A DNA stretch of 64,000 bases from Dehalococcoidia bacterium (GTDB taxonomy: Bacteria; Chloroflexota; Dehalococcoidia; UBA6926), in contig CAXXET010000004.1 in assembly GCA_963666115.2 (NCBI GenBank), positions 32,001 through 96,000 of the forward strand, written 5' to 3'. The notes beneath the pieces are model-generated. The model was given only the letters and a program-made list of their open reading frames with translations, ran no database searches and had not been told where the DNA came from. Position 1 is the stretch's first letter, and every line of letters begins with the position of its first letter. The translations under genes and the position numbers were made by a program. Shown one piece after another: positions 1 through 10,100 of this stretch.

Positions 1-31
1 ACGCGAGGTCTGGGACGGCGGCTCAGAGTGG

Positions 32-1810
32 CTACGGGGCGCCGGATAGTCTCTTCGTCATGGCCACGTGCTCAATGTCGGCTTCCATAAACATTTCGCC
101 CTGTTCCGTATAGCCTGCCTGCGCGTAGAAATCCTTGACGTAGGTCTGAGCATGGAGGAGCGCGTTCTGGAATCCGCGCTCGCGGGCTGCCTCTTCAAGC
201 AGAGCAAGAATCTTATCGCCAATCCTGTGCCGCCTGAGGTCCTGTCGTACTGCCATGCGGCCGATGCGGCACGTTTCCTCGTCCTGATCCGTTAGCAGGC
301 GCCCCGTGCCGACAACCTCACCGCCTATGAGTGCCACGGCATGGACGGCGTCCTCATCACGTCCGTCCCACTCTTCATAAGGGTCCACGTTCTGTTCATC
401 AATAAAGACGACGCGGCGGAGGGCAAAAATCGCCTCCAGGTCATCTGCTCCGGCGATCCGAACCACCACGTCCACCTCATCATCCACAGCAACTCTATGC
501 CCCATCCCACCCGTGTTGATAATCTCGCGCGCCGCCTGTAGGAGCACGGCGCGCCGCCCAGTGGCAACCGATGACTTCTCCATATAGAGGTTGAGTGCTT
601 GTTCAGGCTCAAGCGACTCAATTGCCATGCTGCGGTCGAGGCGGGTTCGGGACCTGTCAGGCGCGTCCGCCTGCACCGTGACGCCGGAGACGACGTGCGC
701 TCCGGCCTGCCTCAACATGTTCCGAATACGAATACGGTCTATGTCGCCTGCAAGTTCGGCGGGAGCCTGGATTTCCACGCGGGTTACCGCATCATTCACG
801 TCCGCGCCGGCAAGCCTCTTTTCGATTTCTCCCATCACGTCCTGCTCTGTCGAACGCAGCTTTACCTGTATTGTCGTGAACCGGCGACTCCACACAGGTT
901 GAAACGACCACGAAGCGGCGCGCCGCCCGGGCGGAAGGGCAGGATTGATGTCCACGACACAGAAGCCCTTGTCGTCACTTTCCTCGGAAAAGTCGACACG
1001 GTGGAGGCTGCCGGAGTAGACGACAGGCGGAGCGTCCGCAATGAGCTGGCGGCGGTGGATGTGGCCAAGCGCGGCGTAGTCGACGGGATGGGCCTGGAAT
1101 GCGCTGGGCAGCAGCAGGTAGTCGTTGCCCATCATCATGGTGCGTTCATGGCCGACGGTGGCGGTGGTGGCAGTGGCATGGGCTGATAGGATGGACGGCA
1201 CAGCCGGATCAAGCTCTCCCGCCATGCGATTGATCTCATTGGTGAGGTATTCCTGCATCCACTCATTCACCTCCGTAGCGCTCTTGCCGTGCAGCTCGCC
1301 AAGCGCGGCGGCGGAACTACGGCGGAACCACGGCACGGCCACAATCTGGACCGGGCCGGCCGGGGTCTCAATGCGGTGAACGGCCGGGCGCGATGCGACA
1401 GTAACGTTGTCAACGGCGAGCGCGTCAAAGATGTCCAGCGCGGTTGCCCTGCCCTCCGTGTTGGGCACGTCATGATTGCCGGTGAGGAGAAAGACCGGGA
1501 TGCCCGCAAGCGCCAGGCGGCTGATGCGGCGGGCGAATTCCCGCTGGTGGGTCTGTGAGGGGTCCCGCGAGCGATAGGCGTCGCCGGAAAAGACGACAAG
1601 ATCGACGCGGGGTTCGGTCAGGGCAAAATCGACGAGATCATCGAGAGAGCGGAGGGAATCGATGAGGCGGGACGGCATCCCGGTGTAGGTGGCGGCGCGG
1701 TTGACACCAGGCGCGAACGTTTCCGGCAGCGCGTTGAGTTCGTCCGATGTAACGGGTCGGCTGTGAGTTTCAACGCCGATATGCGAGTCGGCAAAGTGGA
1801 TAATTCGCAT
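32..1810 (-). CDS. sbcD: SbcD/Mre11-family exonuclease subunit with a C-terminal GNAT (YjcF/ElaA-like) acetyltransferase domain
   Basis: Metallophosphoesterase motifs HFADSHIG, SGDAY, LTGNHD, HA and ALGHIH, plus YSGSLHRVDFSE. The last ~150 aa have GNAT signatures: RRVVFIDEQNV, RIGRMAV, R.HRIG, LHAQ..VKDFY, FMEADIEH. Confidence 0.9.
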   Translation of the reverse strand: MRIIHFADSHIGVETHSRPVTSDELNALPETFAPGVNRAATYTGMPSRLIDSLRSLDDLVDFALTEPRVDLVVFSGDAYRSRDPSQTHQREFARRISRLALAGIPVFLLTGNHDVPNTEGRATALDIFDALAVDNVTVASRPAVHRIETPAGPVQIVAVPWFRRSSAAALGELHGKSATEVNEWMQEYLTNEINRMAGELDPAVPSILSAHATATTATVGHERTMMMGNDYLLLPSAFQAHPVDYAALGHIHRRQLIADAPPVVYSGSLHRVDFSEESDDKGFCVVDINPALPPGRRAASWSFQPVWSRRFTTIQVKLRSTEQDVMGEIEKRLAGADVNDAVTRVEIQAPAELAGDIDRIRIRNMLRQAGAHVVSGVTVQADAPDRSRTRLDRSMAIESLEPEQALNLYMEKSSVATGRRAVLLQAAREIINTGGMGHRVAVDDEVDVVVRIAGADDLEAIFALRRVVFIDEQNVDPYEEWDGRDEDAVHAVALIGGEVVGTGRLLTDQDEETCRIGRMAVRQDLRRHRIGDKILALLEEAARERGFQNALLHAQTYVKDFYAQAGYTEQGEMFMEADIEHVAMTKRLSGAP

Positions 1811-1815
1811 GGGCG

Positions 1816-3138
1816 CTAGCCCGTTAGGCGGTCTTCAAGCAGCGCGCCAAGCTCAGCTATCGGCACGCGCACTTGCTCCATCGTGTCGCGGTCGCGGACG
1901 GTGACGGCGTTGTCTTCCTCAACGGTCTGGAAGTCGATGGTGACGCAGTACGGCGTGCCGATTTCGTCCTGGCGGCGGTAGCGGCGGCCGATGGACTGGG
2001 AATCGTCATAGTCGGTCATCCACCGCTTGCGGACGATGTCATAGACTTCCCGCGACTTTGGCAAGAGTTTCTCATTGCGAGAGAGGGGGAGGACAGCGAT
2101 CTTATAAGGTGCGAGGTCGTGGTGCAGCTTGAGCACGGTGCGGCTCTCCCCGTTCACCTCCTCCTCTGTATAGCCGTCAACCAGAAAAGCGAGGAGGCAG
2201 CGGTCGACGCCGCTGGCAGGCTCCACAACGTGGGGGATGAACCGCTCTTGCCGTTCATCGTCGAAATACTCCAGCTTGTGGCCGGAACTGTCCTGGTGCT
2301 GGCGAAGATCAAAGTCTCCGCGGTAGGCAATGCCCTCCAGCTCCGACCAGCCAATCGGGAACAGGTACTCAATGTCATAGACGGCGGCGGCGTAGTGGGC
2401 GAGCTCATCCTGCTCATGCTGCCGGAAGCGCAGCCGCTCCGGGTTGATGCCGAGGTCTGTATACCAGCGCATCCGCTCGTTTCGCCAGTAGTCCAGGGAC
2501 GCAAAGCCGTCCTCCGGGCGGACGAAGTACTCCATCTCCATCTGCTCGAACTCGCGGGTACGGAAGATGAAGTTTCCCGTCGTGATCTCGTTGCGGAATG
2601 ACTTTCCGGTCTGCGCGATGCCGAACGGGATCTTCTTCCGCGTGGCCGTCCGCACGTTGTCGAAATTCGTGAAGATGCCCTGCGCGGTCTCAGGCCGCAG
2701 GAACGCCACTGCCGCGTCCTCCTCCACCGGCCCGAGGAACGTCTTGAACATCAGGTTGAACTGCCGTGGCTCCGTGAATTCGTCCACGGCGTCGCAGTCC
2801 GGGCATGCGCCATTCTCGATGTGGTCGGCACGGTGACGGCGATGGCATCTGCGGCACTCAACGAGGGGGTCAGTAAACCCCGCCACGTGGCCGCTGGCCT
2901 CCCAGACTAAGGGGCTTTGGATGATGGCGCTGTCAAGGCCGACGACGTCATCCCGCTCCTGCACCATCGCGCGCCACCATGCGTCGCGCACGTTCCGCTT
3001 GAGTTCCACGCCGAGGGGGCCGTAGTCCCACGACGAGCCGATGCCGCCGTAGATCTCGCTGGCCGGAAACACGAACCCGCGCCGCTTGGCCAGCGACACG
3101 ATGGTGTTCATGTCGGTCAGGGTCGGCTCAATCGTCAC
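1816..3138 (-). CDS. glyQS: Glycine--tRNA ligase (homodimeric class II type)
   Basis: Motifs KRRGFVF..SEIYGG, DYGPLG, LRPETAQGIF, GKSFRNEI, FRTREFEQME and SIGRRYRRQDEIGTP. Confidence 0.97.
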   Translation of the reverse strand: MTIEPTLTDMNTIVSLAKRRGFVFPASEIYGGIGSSWDYGPLGVELKRNVRDAWWRAMVQERDDVVGLDSAIIQSPLVWEASGHVAGFTDPLVECRRCHRRHRADHIENGACPDCDAVDEFTEPRQFNLMFKTFLGPVEEDAAVAFLRPETAQGIFTNFDNVRTATRKKIPFGIAQTGKSFRNEITTGNFIFRTREFEQMEMEYFVRPEDGFASLDYWRNERMRWYTDLGINPERLRFRQHEQDELAHYAAAVYDIEYLFPIGWSELEGIAYRGDFDLRQHQDSSGHKLEYFDDERQERFIPHVVEPASGVDRCLLAFLVDGYTEEEVNGESRTVLKLHHDLAPYKIAVLPLSRNEKLLPKSREVYDIVRKRWMTDYDDSQSIGRRYRRQDEIGTPYCVTIDFQTVEEDNAVTVRDRDTMEQVRVPIAELGALLEDRLTG

Positions 3139-3165
3139 GAGACGCGCCCTCCGGAGGATTGCGGC

Positions 3166-3522
3166 TTAATCAAGGCCGCGCTTGTCCAGGATTTTGTCGA
3201 CCTCGCCCTCGCGGGCCTGGCCGATCATCTCCTTGACGCGGTCCGGCATCTCGATGCCTGCCTCGTCCATGCGCTTCTCCGCCCACCGGCCGATATTCGA
3301 CGGGTCACGCCAGTAGTCGTAGCCGGGGGCGTCAGGGTCGCCGGATGCCTCGTGGCGGGAGGCGGTGGAGCGGACGTATGCCGCGCGGGACATGACTTTC
3401 TCGGTCTCCGTGGAGCCGCAGTGGGCGCATTCCTGGTTCGTCGGCAACTCCTCCGGCATGACCTTGTAAAAGGCGCTGGAGCGTTTGCCGCACTCGTTGC
3501 AGGTGTACTCGTAAATGGGCAT
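3166..3522 (-). CDS. FmdB-family zinc-ribbon protein
   Basis: MPIYEYTCNEC...CAHCGS (CxxC..CxxC) signature. Confidence 0.85.
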   Translation of the reverse strand: MPIYEYTCNECGKRSSAFYKVMPEELPTNQECAHCGSTETEKVMSRAAYVRSTASRHEASGDPDAPGYDYWRDPSNIGRWAEKRMDEAGIEMPDRVKEMIGQAREGEVDKILDKRGLD

Positions 3523-3560
3523 CGCGTCACCGCCCTCTCTGCCGCGCCGCCAGGACGCTG

Positions 3561-3824
3561 CTAATCATACCCGTCATCGAAGTAGCCGTCATCCATTCCA
3601 TCGTAATCATCATCGCTTGGCGCGTCATCGAAGGCGGAAAGGCGGTCATACTCGCGGTAGAGGTCTTGCCGCGATCTCACGACTGCGACGCGGGAAATCT
3701 TGCGCCGCAGCGTGCCGCCGTCGCAGTGGCTGCACGTGAGGTCGCCGATGGGTGAGGAGACGGAGCGCGTGAATACGCTGGTGTCTCGCTCGCAGCCATC
3801 GCATTCGAATTCGTAGATGGGCAT
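3561..3824 (-). CDS. FmdB-family zinc-ribbon protein with an acidic tail
   Basis: MPIYEFECDGC...CSHCDG; Asp/Tyr-rich C-terminus; tandem paralogue of the adjacent gene. Confidence 0.82.
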   Translation of the reverse strand: MPIYEFECDGCERDTSVFTRSVSSPIGDLTCSHCDGGTLRRKISRVAVVRSRQDLYREYDRLSAFDDAPSDDDYDGMDDGYFDDGYD

Positions 3825-3847
3825 GATGCGTTTGAGTTTAGCAGAGG

Positions 3848-3873
3848 GATTCTTCGCTGCGCTCAGAATGTCA
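3848..3873 (-). repeat. GTCATT-type REP-like palindromic element (consensus TGTCATTCTGAGCGCAGCGAAGAATC)
   Basis: gattcttcgctgcgctcagaatgtca is the reverse complement of the consensus with 1 mismatch; it overlaps the yraN stop codon. Confidence 0.8.
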
Positions 3874-4281
3874 GATCACATCTGCGATGGCGTTCTTGTG
3901 CCAGGTGAGCCGCGTGACCCTGCCTCGCCGGTCAAAGACGACGGCGACGACATCGATGCGTGTGTTTTCAGGCAATTTCTCAGTCTCGGCTTGGTGATGC
4001 TGCCGGTATATCTGGATGAGGCGGGCGAGGCGGGCGGCCTTGGCAGGAGTGACGGACTCCTCCGGCGTGCCGACGTTGGGCGTGGAGCGGCTGCGCACTT
4101 CCACGGCCACCAGTGTCTCGTCGATGACACCGACGATATCAAGCTCCCCGGCGCGGTAGCGGACGTTCTCCGCCAGGGTCTGAAAACCCTCGGATTCAAG
4201 GCGTCGGCGGGCTAGGCTCTGGGCGTGCAGCCCGCGCCTGGATCGGTTTGTGGGGCCTGGCTTTCGTTCCTGCTTCGTCAC
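3871..4281 (-). CDS. yraN: YraN/UPF0102 family PD-(D/E)XK-fold protein
   Basis: NVRYRAGELDIV..LVAVEVRSR..GTPEESVTPAK..RIDVVAV pattern typical of UPF0102. Confidence 0.88.
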   Translation of the reverse strand: MTKQERKPGPTNRSRRGLHAQSLARRRLESEGFQTLAENVRYRAGELDIVGVIDETLVAVEVRSRSTPNVGTPEESVTPAKAARLARLIQIYRQHHQAETEKLPENTRIDVVAVVFDRRGRVTRLTWHKNAIADVI

Positions 4282-4347
4282 GGCTCAGTCCGTTATCCGC
4301 ATCCCTTATACTAATGTGGCCATTGCGCCGTATTTCGCCAGGAGGAC

Positions 4348-5673
4348 ATGTTGGGCGAAGACTTTACCCACTCGGCCGTGATTCTCGCCATGCAGCTGGG
4401 CATCATCCTTGTGGTCGCCAAGCTCGCGGGTGAGTTCACTGAGCGCATTTTGCGCCAACCGGCCGTCATTGGGGAACTGGTCGCGGGCATCATCATCGGC
4501 CCGTTCGCGCTGGGCGGCATCGAGTTGGCCGGCATCGGCCCAATCGAGCAGATCGGCCCGCTCTTCGAGCAGCCTGCAGAAGACGCCGTCATACCTGTCC
4601 CAAAGACGCTGTTCGTCGTCGGTCAGGTGGCGGCCATCATCCTGCTGCTCGAAACAGGGCTGAACACTGATCTCAAAGCGTTCCTGCGATTCGTGCCTCA
4701 GGCGAGTATTGTGGCCATCGGCGGCGTCGTTGTCCCATTCGCCCTCGGTGCGTATGCGACCGTCCTATTCGGATTCGCAGACTCTGTCTTCTCAGCCCCT
4801 GCCCTGTTTGTGGGAACCATCATGACCGCGACGTCCGTGGGCATCACGGCGCGCGTGCTGGCCGACTTGCTGCGTTTGGATTCGCCGGAGGGCGTAACGA
4901 TCCTGGGCGCAGCCGTTGTGGACGACGTGCTCGGAATCCTGATTCTGACGATTGTCGTTGGCGTCACGGCAAGCAGTTCCGTTGAGGCGGCGACAGCCGC
5001 CGGATCGTTCGAGTGGACGGAAGTAGCCGTCGTTGGCGCGAAGGCGGTTGGGTTCTGGCTGGTGCTAACCGTGGGCGGGATTCTTGGCGCGAAGTACATC
5101 GTCCGGGCAATCAACGGCATCCGCGTAGAGGGCGCGGCGATTGCGATCGTGTTCGGCATCGGGCTGTTTGCGGCGGCGCTGGCGGAAATGTTCGGGCTGG
5201 CGATGATCATCGGCGCGTACTCCGTGGGCCTGGCGCTGTCCCAAACAGAACTGCGGAATCAACTCCATCAGCCCCTGAACGGCCTGTACCACGCGATGGT
5301 CCCCGTGTTCTTCGTCGTAATGGGAATGATGGTGAACATTGAGGCGATGCGAGAGGCTCTCCTGTTCGGCGTGGTCGTCGTCGTACTGGCCGTCATCGGC
5401 AAGGTGGCGGGTTCGGGGCTGCCGGCGCTGGCGGCCGGATTCAGCCGCATCGGGGCGTGGCGCGTGGGCGTCGGGATGGCGCCGCGCGGCGAGGTGGGAC
5501 TGATTGTGGCGGGCATCGGCGTATCGGAGGGGTTGATTGGGCAGGACCTGTTCGGCGTTGCGATCCTCATGACGATTGCGACAACGCTCATCGCGCCCGC
5601 CGTGTTGGTGCGCGCGTTCCGCAACAACGCGCCGGGCCTCCGCAGGGACCAGGCGGCGGAAAGCCAGGCCTAG
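4348..5673 (+). CDS. Cation:proton antiporter (CPA2, NapA/Kef-like)
   Basis: Many TM segments; motifs ATSVGIT, GAAVVDD, PVFF, GMAPRGEV; GGAGG upstream; TATACT at 4307-4312. Confidence 0.92.
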   Translation: MLGEDFTHSAVILAMQLGIILVVAKLAGEFTERILRQPAVIGELVAGIIIGPFALGGIELAGIGPIEQIGPLFEQPAEDAVIPVPKTLFVVGQVAAIILLLETGLNTDLKAFLRFVPQASIVAIGGVVVPFALGAYATVLFGFADSVFSAPALFVGTIMTATSVGITARVLADLLRLDSPEGVTILGAAVVDDVLGILILTIVVGVTASSSVEAATAAGSFEWTEVAVVGAKAVGFWLVLTVGGILGAKYIVRAINGIRVEGAAIAIVFGIGLFAAALAEMFGLAMIIGAYSVGLALSQTELRNQLHQPLNGLYHAMVPVFFVVMGMMVNIEAMREALLFGVVVVVLAVIGKVAGSGLPALAAGFSRIGAWRVGVGMAPRGEVGLIVAGIGVSEGLIGQDLFGVAILMTIATTLIAPAVLVRAFRNNAPGLRRDQAAESQA

Positions 5674-5721
5674 CAGCGAACCGGCGGAGTATGATGGAAG
5701 GGCACTGCGGCGCGTAACCAT

Positions 5722-5793
5722 GCCCCTGTAGCTCAGTGGATAGAGCACCAGCCTCCGGAGCTGGTGGCCCGGGTTCGAGTCCCGGCAGGGGTA
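5722..5793 (+). tRNA. tRNA-Arg, anticodon CCG; CCA end not encoded
   Basis: Acceptor stem GCCCCTG/CAGGGGT; D-arm GCTC-AGTGGATA-GAGC; anticodon arm CCAGC-CTCCGGA-GCTGG; T-arm CCGGG-TTCGAGT-CCCGG; TATGAT upstream. Confidence 0.96.
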
Positions 5794-5811
5794 TTTCATC
5801 CGCCCAAGATC

Positions 5812-5943
5812 AACCTTGCAATCTGCCGAGGGTAAAGGTTGCAATTTGCCGCGCCATAACCTTGCAATCTGCCGAGGGTAAACCCTGCAATCTGCCGCAT
5901 CCTAACCTTGCAATCTGCCGAGGGTAAAGGTTACAATCTGCCG
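5812..5943 (+). repeat. Tandem array of three 46-bp units, each made of two 23-bp subunits with core TGCAATCTGCCG
   Basis: Units start at 5812, 5858 and 5904 (AACCTTGCAATCTGCCGAGGGTAAA...); six core copies in total. Confidence 0.92.
5908..5937 (+). promoter_or_regulatory. Putative sigma70 promoter inside the last repeat unit, probably leaderless
   Basis: TTGCAA (5908-5913), 18 bp, TACAAT (5932-5937), 6 nt, ATG (5944); no SD. Confidence 0.6.
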
Positions 5944-7194
5944 ATGCAGGACCTACCCTATTTCGCCCGATACGCAGAGGCGCCGCTGATGGAGGCGCTG
6001 GCCGATTCACCGGCGGTTCTGATACATGGACCGCGGCAATCGGGCAAGACTACCCTGGCCCGTGTCATTGGAGACCACCACGGTTACGACTACGTCAGCT
6101 TTGATGACGACATTGCCCGCACAGCCGCCGAGTCGGACCCTTCCGGCTTCATCCGGCGCCTGGGAGAGCGGGCGGTCCTGGATGAGGTGCAGCGCGTTCC
6201 CGGTCTCTTCACGGCGTTGAAACAGGAGATAGACTCGATGCGCGCGCCCGGGCGATTCCTGCTCACGGGTTCGGCACAGGTTCTGCTGGTTCCGAATCTC
6301 TCCGACTCTCTCGCAGGCCGCCTGGAGATTCTGCGACTGCATCCGCTCTCCCAGGGTGAGATCCATGGCGGCATTCCGACTTTTCTCGACGACCTGTTTC
6401 ACGGCGACATACCCACCTCGAACGCCGCCCCGCTTGGCGATGATTTGGCGGAGCGGATTGCAGCCGGCGGTTACCCTGCGGCGCTGGCTCGCTCAACACC
6501 ACGGAGACGAATAAACTGGTACCGTAACTTCATCGACACCCAACTCCAGCGGGACGTGCGCGATATGGCGAGAATCAGGGGGCTTGACGTGATGCCCCGT
6601 TTACTCACGGCGGCAGCATCACAGACCGCCCGGCCATACAACCTCTCAGATTTGTCGACGAACTTCCAGGTGAGCCGCACGACCCTTGGGGAATATGTGA
6701 CGCTCCTTGAGCGGCTCTTCCTGATCGAGCCGCTGTCCTCCTGGCACACAAACCAACTGCATCGCCTCCTGAAAGCGCCGAAGCTCCATATAGGAGACAC
6801 AGGCCTTGGGTGCGCCCTGCTTGGGGTAGGCCCTCACGATCTTGCAGGGAACCGGACCCTTCTGGGTCAACTGGTCGAGTCGTTCGTCCTCCAGGAGCTG
6901 CGGAGACAATCCATCGCGCAAGAGACGCCCCCGGCGTTCTACCACTACCGCGACAGGGACCAGGTGGAAGTCGACATCGTGATTGAGTCGGCGGGGCGGA
7001 GGGTGGCCGGTGTGGAGGTGAAGGCTTCGGCCACCGTAACTCGATCCGACTTTCGCGGGCTTCGGAAGCTCAAGAGGGCTGCGGGAGATCGTTTCGCGGC
7101 CGGGGCAGTGCTCTATGACGGCGCGATAAGCGCCGGATTCGGAGATGACATGTTTGCCGTGCCCATCCGCCATCTGTTGGAGGGAAGTCAGTGA
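5944..7194 (+). CDS. AAA_14 ATPase with DUF4143 and a C-terminal PD-(D/E)XK-like domain
   Basis: Walker A GPRQSGKT, Walker B VLDEVQ, LTGS, SLAGR, GGYP, PKLHIGDTGL, EVDIV..GVEVK. Start placed at ATG 5944 (the ORF track extends to 5908). Confidence 0.92.
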   Translation: MQDLPYFARYAEAPLMEALADSPAVLIHGPRQSGKTTLARVIGDHHGYDYVSFDDDIARTAAESDPSGFIRRLGERAVLDEVQRVPGLFTALKQEIDSMRAPGRFLLTGSAQVLLVPNLSDSLAGRLEILRLHPLSQGEIHGGIPTFLDDLFHGDIPTSNAAPLGDDLAERIAAGGYPAALARSTPRRRINWYRNFIDTQLQRDVRDMARIRGLDVMPRLLTAAASQTARPYNLSDLSTNFQVSRTTLGEYVTLLERLFLIEPLSSWHTNQLHRLLKAPKLHIGDTGLGCALLGVGPHDLAGNRTLLGQLVESFVLQELRRQSIAQETPPAFYHYRDRDQVEVDIVIESAGRRVAGVEVKASATVTRSDFRGLRKLKRAAGDRFAAGAVLYDGAISAGFGDDMFAVPIRHLLEGSQ

Positions 7195-10100
7195 ACCTGT
7201 CGCCGACCAGGCTGCGACTCATACGCAGCGTCGGCCTGCTGCTCATGCTGGCAGTGTCGGTCGCAGGTTTCATGCTGCTGATCGACCTCCTGGCCGATAC
7301 CGCGTCAGGAAGTTCCGACGACCTCCTGGCTGAGGCCGATTCGGATGAGGTTCTCATCAGCCTGCCGAGTTCCGCCTCCCTCTTTGCGCTCGGCGTGGCC
7401 GCTGTCGCGCTAATCGTAGCCCTCGGAGTCATTGCCGCGCCCTCAAATTGGAGACGATCCGGGGTCGGCCTGCCGCGCCCAAGTTGGCGTCCGCTTGGAA
7501 TTGCCGCGGCGATCGCGCTGATTGTCGCAGCGGCAGGCCTTTTCCTGGCATTCTCGGATTCCTCGCCCCTGTTCCAACAGCAGGCGGAAACGGCGGCCGG
7601 CGCGGCGGGCCAGGGAGCGGCGGGACACCAGGTGGACACGGAATGGCTCGCCCCAATTGGCGTTGTCATCCTCGCCACCTTCTTCTTCACGGTCATCCTC
7701 ATCGGGTTCCTCAGGCCGCGTCTCATCCTGCCGGTTCTCGCCCTGTGGCTGGCCGCGAGCATGTTCTTTGGATTCTTCGACTCGTCGGCCATTGCAGGCC
7801 TCCGCCTCTTCAACCCCGTCATTACACTGCCGGCGTCGGACGCTTTCGCAGTAGAGGTCGCACGGCATCGAACGACAGACCTCTCACCGGACAGCCAGGA
7901 CGTTGGCAACGTCGCGCCGGGCACCGACGACGGCCCGCAGAGTCCCGGAGATGGAGACACAGCGGGCATGCTTGGCGGGGAATATGGGCAGGACGCGCCC
8001 GGGGAAATAACCGAAGAAGCCGTAATCGCGCGGCTGCGCTATGCGCGGGACCCGGCAGACCGCGCGTCCGCCGCAGATCAACTCCCCGGGTTCGGTTCTG
8101 ACGATGCCCTCCGCGCGCTGGCCCACGCGTGGCTGAACGACCCGTCCCCGGTTGTGCGCGAAAGGGCCATCGATGCCGTCACCGAATGGGACTTTGAGAC
8201 GCTTGTTGAAATACTGCAAGAACACCCTGAACGCGTTGTCCGGCAGGCGGCAGCCGCCGCGCTCGGCAGGTTGAATGACCAGCGCGCGGTCGAGCCTCTC
8301 GCCACTGCCCTGCTCACGGATGAATCGCCCGACGTCCGGCAGGAATCCGCCAAGGCGCTCAGCAGGCTCAGAGGCTCAGACGGTGTCAGCGCGCTCATCC
8401 AGTCGTTGCAGCGCGACGCGGCCGACGATGTTCGGGGCGAGTCGGCGCGGGCGCTTGGCATCCTTGGGGATGAACGGGCGGTTCACGGTTTGTTGGAGGC
8501 GCTGGAGCAGGACCTATCGGGCAGCGTCCGTGAAAATTCGGCGAAGTCCCTGGGGACTCTACGCAGTTCCGGGGCGCTGGCTGAACTCGACGCCGCGCGG
8601 GCGGGGGATCATTCGGCAGACGTGCGGTTCGCCGCAGGGGGCGCGCTGGATCGCTACACGTATACCGAACTCATCGAGGCGCTGGGCTCCGCCGTCGATC
8701 CGGATGACCGCGCGACGGCAGCCAGGATTCTTGGGGAGCGACGCATCCGCCCCGCCATCCCCACGCTCATGGAGGCGCTCTTCGATGGCTCGCCGGTTGT
8801 GCGTGAGGCGGCATTGGACGCGCTCGATCAATTCGGAAGCCTGCACCAACTGGAAAACGGCGGCGTTCTCCTGTCCCATCAGGGCGGCGTGACGCTCAAT
8901 CGCGGAACGATAACGTCGCAGCAGGCTGACGGGCAGCCGCAGTTCCCTCTCTTTGTGGTTGAGGGCGCCGCCAATACTGATTTTCTGCGAATGGCGGTCG
9001 GCGACAGGTACGCGGGCCAGCGTTGGTATCTGAGTTCCGAAACGATAGAGCCGTATAGGATCGGCACGACGGTCTCTCACCAATACGCTCCAATCCATCA
9101 ACTGGATTCTATGCCGCGTGATGATGTGACCGTTCGCCAACTGCCAAATGACGATGACGATGTCGCTGATTTCGTTGGTTTCGTGCCAGCCGGTTACGCC
9201 CTCGAAACGGTAAGCGTGAACGCCTCGTATTTCGCGGAGAGCGCAACGTTGTGGCTTGGCAGAACGCCTATTGAATACTCGTTTACTATCAGGGTTCCCC
9301 GCTTTGATGCTGCCACCCTCCAAGCCGCCACGCCTGCGGAGTACGCGGAGGTCACTCTTCCTGACAGCGTGCCGGATCGCGTGCGCCAGCTTGCGAAAGA
9401 CATTACGGCGGGGTATTCCGGGGCCTATGCCAAGGCCAAGGCGATTGAGCAGTATCTGCGCCATAACTACACATACAAGTTCGCGGATTCATCCACGCCG
9501 CCCATTCCGGCCGGCAGTGATCCGGTGGACTGGTTCCTGTTTGAGAGCGGCGAGGGCACGTGCGGCAACTTCAGCAGCGCCTTCGTCGTCCTCGCGCAGT
9601 CCATCGGCCTACCGGCGCGGGTCGTCTCCGGCTACTCGATCACGCCGACGGAGCAGGAGCAGATCGTCTTTGCGGACCAGGCGCACCAGCGGGCGGAGAT
9701 CGCATTCGAGGGACTCGGGTGGGTCCCGTTCGAGCCGACCGCTCCGGACGGGAGCGCGCCGGACAGGGCTCAAGGGTACTTCGAATCCGGCGCTGCGTCG
9801 GTTCAGGGGGAGCAGGACGAATTACAGGAACTCGCCGCGCAACTCTCCAGCCAGGACGCCGACGCCGCACAAGCTGCCCGTGCAGAGCTGGAGGCCCGTG
9901 GCGCCGACGTTATTCCGCTTGAGAACGGTGGCAGCGTCGTAAAGAGGGGCGACCACACTATCGCGACCCCTCCGAGAACAACAACTCAACATGCGCCCAG
10001 TCCGCCGGCCGTTGGCGTCTTTACGGTGACAGGGGCAAAGCGGACTGAATACTTATTGACGGCAACGGGCGATGTCTATGAGAACGGGCAGTGGCAGCAG

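Noticed and set aside
5722-5793. tRNA-Arg as the attachment site of an integrated island
   Set aside because: No duplicate of the tRNA 3' end and no integrase seen in the window; one could lie outside it.
5812-5949. CRISPR array
   Set aside because: The sequences between repeats are themselves repeated and too short to be spacers; no cas genes.
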